A DNA stretch of 64,000 bases from Zygnema circumcarinatum SAG 698-1b (Eukaryota > Plantae > Zygnematophyceae). This document shows positions 36,153 to 46,410 of the stretch, one piece after another. The notes below the pieces were generated by a model. The model was not told the origin of the DNA. It was given only the letters and a program-made list of their open reading frames with translations, and ran no database searches. The number at the start of each line of letters is the position of its first letter. The first letter of the stretch is position 1. The DNA lies in NCBI GenBank assembly GCA_037447605.1, contig CM074805.1:3443361-3507360 (forward strand). Direction: 5' to 3'. Made by a program: the position numbers and the translations under genes.

Positions 36153-37694
36153 ATGAGCACATACGGAGGTGACAGCTGGGCGCCAGAGGCAGCGTCGAGG
36201 CGAAAACGCCTAGAAGGGCTTGCATTGGAAGGTGCACCTCGAGAAGAAGTGCAAAAGCTCTCCAATGGAAAGTTTGTCTGCTTGGTCTGCCCAAAGCGGC
36301 CAGTGGTGGATACTGCAGCCATGTTGATGGTAAGGCATTTTTCACTACTAATGTGTTGTTCCAACAAAAGCTGTCGTGGAAGCCGCATGGGCGAGAGCAA
36401 TCTTCTGGAGTCTGCACTTCTGCTGGAGAATGTTGAAGAGGACCTGCTTTGACGTGCTTAATCTGCACACTCTGAAGAGACATACATGAAATACCTGCTG
36501 ACTGACAAAGTTTCTTGTTAACAGGTGCATCGGTCCGGATTTCAGCATTTAGCAGCTGCTAACGTGAAGAGAGAATTGCACCTTCAGCATGTTGAAGAAG
36601 TCAACAAACGAACTGCACTCGGACTGCCAGGGAGAATTTCCACAACAGAAGCAGTTCCCTGTCATTCAATGCCGTTACTGGCAGAAACACGAAAGCGAAC
36701 AGTCTGCGTGCTCAGGCCGAAGGAAACAGATGGGATGTCTTTGGTGTCAATGGGCAAGAGCAGTGGAAATGGAGGAAGTCCTGATAGTAATTCCTTAGTG
36801 GGCAGTCCGTTTTTTTTCAATTCTGCAAGAGCTAGTAACATCGGTGCAATGCGTACTTCCAGGTCGGTCAATGAGCCTGCAGAACATCCAAAGAGGCAGA
36901 GCGAGGAGTGGCATAGATATGATCAGGGTACCCCTCGACCATATGTTTCAAAGCGAGCCCGCTTACTACAATTGGCAGGCTCTGAACCAAGCAGTGAGGC
37001 AGGCCAGAAACCCAGGGATTCAAATGTGAATTTGTTTTCAACGGAAAGAGGAGAGAGTAATCGTGATGAGGCGAGCATTGAGGGGGGTGAACATGCCATG
37101 CGTTATGGAAAGATAAAGGATAGCAACACTTGTATGCGACAGTGCAATAAGTCATGCTGCACAGAGAAGCAACGACACGAGGGGCTGCGACAACCTATGG
37201 TCTGTAAAATGGAAGAGATTCGAGCTTCACAAGGACGGCAATACGATAGAGTTGTACAGGAAGAGAAGGATAGTAGAGAGAAAGAGTTAAAGCTTCGCGA
37301 ATCGGGTTGGAGGAGAGACGGCTACGGTTCATGGTTTCGCGAGGCAGACGTAAGTCCCCTTTCTGCTTGGCATACGGATTATTTAATTCTTTATTTGGAG
37401 GCTTTTCGATCTCAAGCTTCATACTGACTTCATCTTGAGTATTTGACATCGGACGTACTGATAGAACAATTCCTTCAGACGAGCATTTACGTGATTCTGC
37501 TTAACCTACTGGAAGGTTGACTTATTCGTCCTATCACAGTTGTCTCAGGGAACAAAGAAGATTATGAACCCTGCATAGTAGCACTGCACTTGCCATGTCT
37601 AGCTGCTTGCTGAAAAATTGATTTGGGATAACAGGTGGAATTCGATTCTGACGAGGAAACCCCGCATAAGTTTGGATTTCCTGTGAGGGAGTGA
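36153..37694 (+). CDS. SCNM1: Sodium channel modifier 1 homolog (minor-spliceosome factor), 3 coding exons
   Basis: Exons 36153-36329, 36525-37349, 37635-37694. N-terminal zinc finger GKFVCLVCPKRPVVDTAAMLMVHRSGFQH and C-terminal WRRDGYGSWFREADVEFDSDEE acidic motif. Probable 5'-UTR intron 35681-36133. Confidence 0.88.
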
Positions 37695-39672
37695 AGTTTG
37701 CTGGAGCAACAGCTTTTCTTTCGTGCCTGGTGTTCTACTTAAAGACTAAAGGTTAGCATTACCTACTCTCAGTTTGACCATTTGTCGCAATGGACATCAA
37801 GTAGTTGTTGCATCCCTCGAAGATGCCTTGTCATAATCAGTATTCTCTAGATTGAAGAGGTGCATGATGGGCTGACTCACTCATGAGAACTCTTTATTAT
37901 GAGTTATTGTGCAATAGAGTCAGCTCTACCCTTGGCTTACTGTACCCGAGTTCGAGCCTGTTCGTGCAATGCATCACACGTCACTCTTGGCTTTTGGTGA
38001 ATTTTAGCTACTTTTGTGATAATCAACGCATTTATTTTCGCTCATACATGTCCAGCTATATCACCGGACTCTCCAGAGCACAGATCTCCTCTTGCTTTTT
38101 TGCAAACACTTGTGCACAGATAGCATATTGTACCTCCTGCTTCTATAAGTGTCATTGTTAGAATAGAGAGAGGCAAAGAGCGAGAGAGAGAGAGAGAGAG
38201 CAACAGCCACAGGCCCAGTGTGAGGCCCCCTACATCCTATGAGCTTACAGTATTATTGTTTTACTATGTTGACTGGCAGTTACAGCATTCGATGATGCCA
38301 CACATCTTATGCGGCACACGAACAAGCTTAGATCTTGGGATATCCTCAAGACCTCAAAGCTTCCTTCAACCCTTTGCTCAGATCCTACGATAATCAGTAA
38401 GCCCTCATTTCAGGAACCTGCACACTCCAGTCTCCTGTCCCACCTTTCTAGAAAATCCAAATGTCACTGCTAGACAGGGGGGGGCTCTAACCTATCCGAA
38501 TCCTCGAATCCTCTATATGTCTATTGAATTTCCAAAACCTCCTTCCAACAACGCTCACCATCCGACGATTCTCACTCCCTCTTCAAGCATTCTGCTCGTG
38601 AAGCGTTGCGGCTGAGTAAAGTTGCCAGGTAACTGGACTGACCCGTGGTTCAAGCATTGTGTGTTGAGTCCAGGGAGACGGAGCAGCCATTGAAAAGGAC
38701 CGCGGCATGTCGGCGTTCTCGCGAACACTGTTGAAGGGCAAGTAAACAAAGCATGGCACAGTGCGCTTCCCAATCGGCAAGTGAAGAACGTCAACTTGCA
38801 AAGGTTGTTGACGTGATCTTTCCATTCTTAAAAGACAATCTCCCTCCGGCGCCCTAAAGATCTGCTCGAGGTGAAACACGCTGTGGCATCTGCACGAGCC
38901 CTGTCAATAGTGGTTTCTTAACAGGGCATTTTCCTTGGAAGTCGTTGTGGAGGTAGAATAAATGAGGTGTATGGCATCAAACCTTCAAAAAAACATGTCT
39001 GTGTTCTCTCAGACAAAACTCCTACTTTGCTTTTTATCACTACGTGTCCCTTCAAATATATTGCTGACCACAATGGCCACTAAATCATTCAATCGTTCAA
39101 CCTAACCACTGCCCAGCGGTCAGAGTGGCAGCGCTGCACGCCTCAAGTCCCAGCTGGCAACTCGCAAGAGATGAGACTTGACGCCTGTCGAGTGCTAACC
39201 CGCAGAAATGGAGATCGTTACACAACGAAACAGAAATATATTTACTCAGCAGTAAGATATGGTTCTTTTCCTGTCAGGAAGACAAGCTACTTCGTCAAGG
39301 TGTTTCAAAGCGATGCATTTGTTTGTGCTCTCTTCAGCAGTCTTTTACCACTTCCCGTGTGCTGACAGGACAGGAGTGACTGCCCTCCAAAGACTGCCCT
39401 GGTCGCCGCTGTTGTTGTCTCCCTATGACCGAGCTATGAGAGGAATCAACGGCTTCAGTTGCGCGTGGAACTACCGTTGAAGCGAACGAGCGAGCCCGCC
39501 CGCCGGGAAGGGAAGGGACCAGAGCTCGGCCAGTCCCGTCCACTCTGCTCTTGTCGTCTGCGGAGGGCAGGGATGGAACTCGTTCCACAATATCCGTTCA
39601 GGATTCTCGTATTCGTTATTCGCCGATGGAAATTTGTGTAGCGGCGGTGGGGGTTGAAACACTGTTACCGAC

Positions 39673-39849
39673 CGCGTTATTCCGCTACCGCGTTATTTCG
39701 CCACGCGTTACTGGGCTGGCGAATTAGTATATGCTGTGCCATTGTTTGATTGGCACACGTAGCTTGTACGGCTACTTCTCAGACGCGTTATTCCGGGACG
39801 GGCCCGCCGTGCTCAATACGTCTCCGCGTTAACGGCCTTCTAGCGCGTT
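39673..39849 (+). promoter_or_regulatory. Array of six CGCGTT motifs (RSRE / CAMTA CGCG-box-like) upstream of the His-rich gene
   Basis: CGCGTT starts at 39673, 39689, 39704, 39784, 39825 and 39844, all in the same orientation; five read CGCGTTA. Confidence 0.6.
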
Positions 39850-40050
39850 CAGCACGCAATCTCTCGGAGGTACAAATTCGCGCAAGCGCTGACATTCTAC
39901 AATACCGCATTTGCAGTTTTCTTTCCAATTGCGACACATTGTCTCTTTGTTAAAGTATCGTCAGAGAAGTTCCTTTCCTCGTCATTCCAAGTTCAGGAGG
40001 TGACCTTTTCAATTCGCGCATTCGTCATTGCAGTCCAGGAGCAGCCCGCA

Positions 40051-40620
40051 ATGGAGTCCGCTATGGTAACGTCACCCGCCCCCGCCGCGCTGCCCTCTCC
40101 GTCTCTGGACCGCAGGGGCGGCCGGAGAGGCCGCCACGTGGAAAACGTCCGCCATGGCTGCCACGCCGGACAGCTGAAGGTCCACGGGCACCATGGCCAT
40201 GGCCATGGCTGCCACCGCCATGGCCAGAGGCCGGGCACTACGGGAGAGAAGGAGGGAGCATCCGCCATGGCGGGAGAAATCCAGGCCCTCACTGCAGACG
40301 TGACATCCCTCAACGTGGCATCCAAGCCATGGCGCCGCGGTGGCGGTGAAGGAAAGAAGCACGGCCATGTGGAAGGCCTCAACCGTCATGGAAGCCCTCG
40401 GCGAGGCCACGGCCATGGCCATGGCCATGGTCATCGCCACGGCCATGGCCATCCTGCGCCACAGGGGATGAATGCGCTGAACGGAGAGCAAGAGGGGGAG
40501 AAGAAGAGGGAGCGCCATGGCCATCGCGACCGGCACGGAGGGCGCCATGGCGGGCGAGGGCAGAGCGGAGGCGCGGAAGGCGAAGGGGCCGCGCAGGCGA
40601 AAGGCGAGGGAGCGGCGTAG
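40051..40620 (+). CDS. Intronless His/Gly/Arg-rich disordered protein, 189 aa (hydrophilin-like, possible metal binder)
   Basis: ATG in GCAATGG context; about 25 His, including HGHHGHGHGCHRHG and (GH)5RHGHGH; no Phe or Tyr; GC-rich coding stretch followed by AT-richer 3' sequence. Confidence 0.65.
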   Translation: MESAMVTSPAPAALPSPSLDRRGGRRGRHVENVRHGCHAGQLKVHGHHGHGHGCHRHGQRPGTTGEKEGASAMAGEIQALTADVTSLNVASKPWRRGGGEGKKHGHVEGLNRHGSPRRGHGHGHGHGHRHGHGHPAPQGMNALNGEQEGEKKRERHGHRDRHGGRHGGRGQSGGAEGEGAAQAKGEGAA

Positions 40621-41912
40621 GGATAGGGACAGCGTGATGCGCAGGAGCGGGCGAGGGATGCAGTCGGGCGGGACATATGCTGTGGGTTGTGAACTGTACA
40701 TATTATGTAGCTGTGGGGATGGACAGGGCAGGGCCTCTGTAGGGCATAGGCGGAGGGCTGCAGGGCTTTCAGGGGTTCATATAGAGTAAGAGGGCGGTGT
40801 TGCTCCGTCAGGGGGGGCAGAAGAGTGAATATTAGGGGGCAAGCTTGTACTTTAAAACAAGGAAAATTGAGATGAAAAAAAGTGGGGCTGGACAAGCAAA
40901 CACTTGTGCCTGTGTGCTGTTGGATGGTGGTGAGCAGCAGCTCAGTGTCTTTTTCTCTCTCTGGTCTCTGGTCCTTGTGGCGTAATGTTGACCTCTCAAA
41001 ACAAGCACAAACGTTTTGCAGCTGGAAGCAGCAGCGGTGTAGCCGAAAAGGACTTGGCATGTCACAAGGAACATGAAGCAGACGCGAACATCCTGATTGC
41101 ATTTACACTGTATATCGATCGATGTGCTTCCCTGGGCCACAGACATGAATTCTTCGCTCACAGTTGCTAAGCTAGCTGGCAGAATTTGTCACGAAATGAC
41201 GAGGCGACATGGTGGCAGGAAAACGCCAAATTTTTTGAAGGGATAGACTGAAAGTGGAAGCTGCACATGTGCATGAGCGAGTTGCCTATGGAGCCGTGGC
41301 TGCAAGTGGAATTGATGTGTGTTTGAGTGAGTAATGAGACTGAAAGTGTGCGTACCGTGAGCCCTAAAATACTCTGATGTCTAAAAAACCGCGCACCAGA
41401 CTGACAGGCAGGCCGAAGAGAACACTTGAATGTCACAATCTCTCCTCACTCTTCATTTTCTGCTCCCTGAAACCCTAAAATCACAGCCCCCCGAGCAGAG
41501 CGCGAGGAGCACGCAGCGATTTCGCCAACGGGTGGCGAAGGCAGAGCCTCTCCAAACCCTCAATGGCGGATGCTCGCTGTGGAGGTGCCAGGTAGCGAGC
41601 GCGGAGTCCTCTCCCCGCCATGGCTGCCGAGGCTGGAGAGAACGCGGCGGCGCTCATGCTGCAGGCCAACCGCGCCATGGCGGTCGTACGCTCGCGCCAC
41701 GTGGCAGCAGCGCATTGACGACCAGCGCTGGCAGGAGAAGAGGGCGCAGGAGGCGGCTGGAGGAGCCATGGCTGCCGGAGGTGGGCGGAAGTGGAACTCT
41801 AATCATTCTGCCAACGCCCTTAACCTGAGAAATCCTGAAGTTCGCCGGGAAAAGGAGCGGCATGTGGAGGTGGTGAAGCCTGCAGTTACGGCGGATAGGA
41901 GCAGGGACAGGG

Positions 41913-42494
41913 ATGGAAGCATGCAAGGGAAGGGAAAGAAGGAACTGGTGGCTAATCAAGTCGGAAGGTGGCAACATGTTTGTTTCTGACGCAAGCCGTC
42001 ACCCTTTGGCAGGCGATGGCAGCATTAGGGATAGCAAAGCTGGTCCAGGATTCCGTTTATCCGAGGACAGGGAAGTGCACGAGGAGCTACACAAAGGGCA
42101 TACTGTTGGGCAGACGTTGATAGGAACGAGCTCTGGCGGCAAAGAATACAACGCAGTAGAAGCCGAGGAGGCTTTCAAGGCCGGGGTTGCTGCGAAGGAG
42201 GAAGGTGATGTACCACGAGCAGTAGCGCATTTTCAAGAAGCTGCAGCAAAATTCACCCCGGAGAGACAGGCAGCTCTTCAGAAAATTGAGATGCACATTG
42301 CAGATGCCCTAAAGATATTGAAAGCGAAGGAGGAGCGCGCAGAGGGCTTTGCAAACGGGAAGGTGCAGGTTCTGAAAACACGGCTGGTGGAGTCACAGAA
42401 TAGTCATTTTCAGAAGAAAGACTTGTCGCCGGAGATGACCTCTGCAGAGCGCACTCTTGGAGCCAGCAGAGCGGCAGATGTGGTGACTCAATAA
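41913..42494 (+). CDS. Hypothetical protein with a TPR/MIT-like helical repeat (copy 1); 5' structure unresolved
   Basis: 193-aa ORF containing AEEAFKAGVAAKEEGDVPRAVAHFQEAAAKFTPERQAALQKIEMHIADALKILK (42162-42323). An overlapping upstream ORF 41570-41989 may supply exon 1, e.g. ATG 41768 with intron 41781-42012. Confidence 0.55.
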   Translation: MEACKGRERRNWWLIKSEGGNMFVSDASRHPLAGDGSIRDSKAGPGFRLSEDREVHEELHKGHTVGQTLIGTSSGGKEYNAVEAEEAFKAGVAAKEEGDVPRAVAHFQEAAAKFTPERQAALQKIEMHIADALKILKAKEERAEGFANGKVQVLKTRLVESQNSHFQKKDLSPEMTSAERTLGASRAADVVTQ

Positions 42495-42695
42495 GTGATG
42501 AAAGGAGCTCTTCCCAATGCGCTTTCGGCAGATGCCTCGTATAGAGCAGACGTAGAGGCTTTTGAACAAGGAGACCCAAGTACTGCACTTGGGCATTTGA
42601 AAGCAGCAGCCATGTCATGTCCCCCGGAGAAGAGAGTGGTTGCTGCGAAAATTGAGAAGTTGATGAGAGAGGCTATTGCTGAACTTAAACAATGA
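42495..42695 (+). CDS. In-frame continuation after TAA encoding helical repeat copy 2 (readthrough, second cistron or disrupted gene)
   Basis: Same frame as 41913-42494; residues at 42528-42689 align without gaps to copy 1 with 19/54 identities. Confidence 0.5.
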   Translation: MMKGALPNALSADASYRADVEAFEQGDPSTALGHLKAAAMSCPPEKRVVAAKIEKLMREAIAELKQ

Positions 42696-43246
42696 CGTAC
42701 GCTGCTCTGTTTTCCTTGCAATTCTCGTCATCCCTCCCCCCCGTCGCTCCGCCGGAAATGTCGGCCTTCCGTTTTCAATCTTCCCCTTGCTCGACCAGAA
42801 CATCAAGCTAACTCTGCCCTCATTTCGTTCTTTTTTCTTCGCCCTCTCATTCCCTCCTTTGCAACCGGAAGCAATTATCATTTGTCTTCAAATGCACGCC
42901 TTCACACTTCATAGAACTGACCTTTCAACTATCAAAGGTTTTCAACCCCACTCAAGCAAACGCCTCTTGGCATAGAAATGATCGATAATTATGAAACCAG
43001 CTAACCCTGAAGAAAATCCATGCCCTCGGCCAGGTATGATTAATGATGGTGTTTCAGAGAAGTGCTTTTTGGATGTCACCAGTAAGGACAGTCGACAAAC
43101 GTTAGTCACAAATTTTGCAACTTTATGTTTCACATTTCCACCCCCCCTAACAGGTCAGCTCAATTCAAATAACTATAGCAACTGTACACAATCTGGCTAC
43201 TCCAGTCATAAGGTAACGTGCTTAAGCATGTGGCGCGGAGCTATTT

Positions 43247-44128
43247 TCAAATTCCATCCTGGGTATCTGTAATTCTCTTCCTAAACCACACCAGGTCAGT
43301 TGTGTATGGGAAGTTGACTGTTGTTTCACCGTCTTCTCCGGTGACCCAAGGAACATCGTCCTCATCTAGAACTTCGTTGACCTCACCCTTTAGTTGCTCT
43401 TGTTGGTCCTCACTCAGTACAGCAACGTAACTTTTGCTCAGTACCCTTTGCCACACACCTGCTCTGGTGTTGGTCACAAAATGTTCAAATTGTCTCTCCT
43501 GAAATGGAAGCTCGAATAGAGTTCTAAGCACCGATAAAGATACCGGATCCTGGAAGGGTTCCCGCCATAATCCTAGACGATACTGTGGAGTGCCTGCCTC
43601 GTGCTTTTCGTATTTCTCTCGCAACCGAGCTACCCATGGCGTTCTTTTATCCTCCATGTTCCAAATGAGGACCACCAAACCGCCCTTTTTCAAAACTCTG
43701 CAAATTTCTTGCAGAGCAGAGACGGAAGCAAACCAGTGGAAGGCCTGTGCTACAAACACCGCATCAAATGATTCGTTCGGGAAAGGGATTGAGGTTGCCG
43801 AGCCTAGAAAAATTGGAACATCTGGCTGCAATATTTTAAACTGCATCGTCATTTTTTCCGCAGGTTCGACAGCCACGACACTTCCGATATTTAACGATAA
43901 AAGCTGGCGAGTCCATTTTCCTGTTCCAGCAGCAAGGTCGAGAACAGCCGTCGCTGCAGCATGCGCAGGGTCTGCCAGCTGAGGCAACAGCTGTGTCCGC
44001 ACCGCTTCCACAACAGAGAGCGGATATGATGGTCGAGCGGCTTCATAAATACTTTGGTCCTGATTGAAACCTCGCGCTGCGAGGGGATGCATTTCTGCAA
44101 GAACATTCGCATCACTGTCCTGCAGCAT
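43247..44128 (-). CDS. Class I SAM-dependent methyltransferase (Methyltransf_11-like), 293 aa, intronless CDS
   Basis: YEAARPSYP; motif I VLDLAAGTGKWT; VAVEPAEKM; FDAVFVAQAFHWF; RVLKKGG, IWNMED. Start at ATG 44128 or 44092. Possible short 5'-UTR intron ~44149-44208. Confidence 0.9.
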   Translation of the reverse strand: MLQDSDANVLAEMHPLAARGFNQDQSIYEAARPSYPLSVVEAVRTQLLPQLADPAHAAATAVLDLAAGTGKWTRQLLSLNIGSVVAVEPAEKMTMQFKILQPDVPIFLGSATSIPFPNESFDAVFVAQAFHWFASVSALQEICRVLKKGGLVVLIWNMEDKRTPWVARLREKYEKHEAGTPQYRLGLWREPFQDPVSLSVLRTLFELPFQERQFEHFVTNTRAGVWQRVLSKSYVAVLSEDQQEQLKGEVNEVLDEDDVPWVTGEDGETTVNFPYTTDLVWFRKRITDTQDGI

Positions 44129-44468
44129 CTTCAATGAAAAATCTGCAACTACAGTAAATGTACAATAGATTACTGTAGTAGATAAGTGAAACAACAGAAT
44201 GAATTTACTTGTGAAGAGCCTACAGCAGCCTGCCAGCTGGAGTGAGCAAACGATTGAATGACTTCGTTCTAGGGCGCAAGATAAAAAGAAACGAAAAAAG
44301 AAAAAAGAAGAAAAGAGCTCTGGCGAGCTCTGTCTCCCAATCCAATCCTTGGAGGACGTCACCTTCCCAGCTCGCCCATAATACGGAGCCAGACAGAGCG
44401 CTGGTCGAGCTCTTTCCCACTTTTCTTTCCTTTTCAAAAAAAATCAGAGCCGGCCCTCGGTCGGTCTG

Positions 44469-44504
<36 letters not shown>
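44469..44504. repeat. (CAGG)9 microsatellite
   Basis: Nine perfect units read directly. Confidence 0.95.
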
Positions 44505-44785
44505 CGACTTCCAGGGGGAGGGGCGGCCAGCCAGGGGCTTCGGGGCTGACTCGGGCGAGGTGCCACGTAGGCAGGCAGGGCCGGCCGCGTCGGTCACTCG
44601 TATCTACTGTACTGTACTGTATCTATATTCCGTCCATGGTGGGCAGGAGGATCGGATCGGACCGGACCGAACCCCGGCGGAGGGCCGTCCGATGGAGGGA
44701 GGGATCGAAAGGTTGAGGTCAGCGCGCGGAATTGGCAAAAAAAACCGCTCGCTCGCTCGATTTCGGCAGCGCCTGGCGACGCACC

Positions 44786-44795
44786 AAACAAAAAA
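44786..44795 (-). terminator. RNA polymerase III oligo-T terminator of tRNA-Asp
   Basis: Minus strand reads TTTTTTGTTT starting 2 nt after the discriminator base. Confidence 0.85.
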
Positions 44796-44796
44796 G

Positions 44797-44868
44797 CTCT
44801 CCGGCCGGGAATTGAACCCGGGTCTCCCGCGTGACAGGCGGGGATACTTACCACTATACTACCGAAGA
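44797..44868 (-). tRNA. trnD-GUC: tRNA-Asp (GUC), 72 nt, intronless
   Basis: Acceptor stem TCTTCGG/CCGGAGA plus discriminator G; A-box TAGTATAGTGG; anticodon arm CCCGC CTGTCAC GCGGG; T-arm CCGGG TTCAATT CCCGG; AT-rich upstream flank and T-run downstream. Confidence 0.97.
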
Positions 44869-45676
44869 AGAGATGTGATCGGACATGAAAAAAAAATATT
44901 TAAAACAAGTGAGTAATAATTAAAACATAAATCGGTTCAAGTGAACAAATTCACTTCATCCCCGTTCACTTCCGTTTTCTTCGTTTCGTTTGTTTCGTTC
45001 CGGGCAACGGAACTAGAACCAATCTTCTTGGCCCCGGATACCATGAAATGCCAGACTTCTTATTTTCTGAATGCTGTTGCATGTATGACTTTATGTTACG
45101 TTATCAGAAAGGCATGTGTGGGAGAAGCAAGTCGCCTCTCGACTTCCTCGGCTACCTTCACTTCCAAGACAGCCAGCCGGTCAGCCGGAGCTTCAGCTGA
45201 ATCAGTTTCCCCCTCCCCCATTTCCCTGGAGAGCGGAGCCAACGCGACATATCGAGATATATCGGTATATATCGTTACCAACCATTCCATCTCGTGTGTG
45301 TTTAGGGCCGGCCACGAATACGGCACCAGCATGAAAACTTGCTCCAATACCGTACTGACACATGGTTCCTCAATCCCAAGCTCAGCAAGTCCAATTTGCT
45401 TGCAAAGCTGAAACGAAGCATCGCTGCAAGGAACGCTTGCTGGTTCGTGCGACCAAGTGTGACGAAAACCTCCGACGTGCCTTAAGGGGTGGACGCGGCA
45501 TTCATTGATCTCACGCATGGCGATGATGCATGCCATGAAATGCACATGGACAACATCAGCATCATGGGGAACCACGAGGACCTACCTGGCCGCCCATCCT
45601 CCCAATCCACCATGCCCAACGTCCGTCCGTCCGTCCTCGGCGAGTCCGCGCCAGCTGACACCCGTGGTCCCCGCGT

Positions 45677-45825
45677 CACGTGACGCCGCCTCCCGGCGCG
45701 GCCTCCCCCGGCCACGTGTCCCCGCCCGCCCGCTCCCCTCGAGGCCGCAAATCTCCCCCGCCCGCCAGCCCCGCGAACGCCACGTGGCTCGCCAGGGTCT
45801 CCCCCGGCAGTTTCTGCCCCACGTG
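45677..45825. promoter_or_regulatory. Cluster of four G-boxes (CACGTG) upstream of the AT-hook gene
   Basis: CACGTG at 45677, 45713, 45781 and 45820, in a GC-rich island 600-730 bp before ATG 46411. Confidence 0.5.
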
Positions 45826-46410
45826 GCAGCAACCGCTCGGGCATTCGATACCCGGCCGCTATCCGCCGTCCGATGGCGCCAACGGACGGTGCGATGTGCA
45901 CGCGGAGGCCCTGTCCCACGGGCCCCCCACGCCGGGTGGGTGCCACGCGGACATGCTCCGACCGGGGGCCCGCCCGCCCGCATGCCCCGGGGGGGGGGCG
46001 GGCAGCGGGCAGGCAAAAAAAGAATGTAAGAGGGCGGGCGGGCGGGGGAATACGGGGCAGATGCCGATAGAATCTCCGTCCCTCCCACCTTCCCTCCATC
46101 GCGCAGGCAGGCAGGGTTACGCTCGCCCTCCCTCTCCCGCTCTCGCGCTCTCGCGCTCTCCCGCTTCTCCACGTTCGCTCCGCCATTCGTTTCGCACCCC
46201 TCACGGCTCCCACTACCGTACTGCTTTTTCTGTGGCCTCTCTGTCATCTCTCACCCTTCTCGCACTCTCTCTCCCCCTCTCGCTCTCGCCCTCGCCCTCT
46301 TCCCTCCCCACACTCCGTCTCGTCCCCACTCTCTCCCGCCCATAGGAGAGCTTCCAGGAGGCGAGCCGTGGGGAATCTGGTAAGCGCATCCTGAGCGCTT
46401 GCTGGTAGCC

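Noticed and set aside
38555-39662. Short minus-strand ORFs (38583-38879, 39334-39588)
   Set aside because: Non-ATG starts, no recognisable motifs and no consistent exon chain.
41968-41995. 28-nt GT-AG micro-intron that would fuse ORFs 41570 and 41913
   Set aside because: Much shorter than any other coding intron here (about 90 nt or more); kept only as an alternative.
45482-46345. Long GC-rich ORFs in the AT-hook and aconitase upstream islands (also 48667-50369)
   Set aside because: Compositional artefacts of G-box/CpG-rich promoter DNA.
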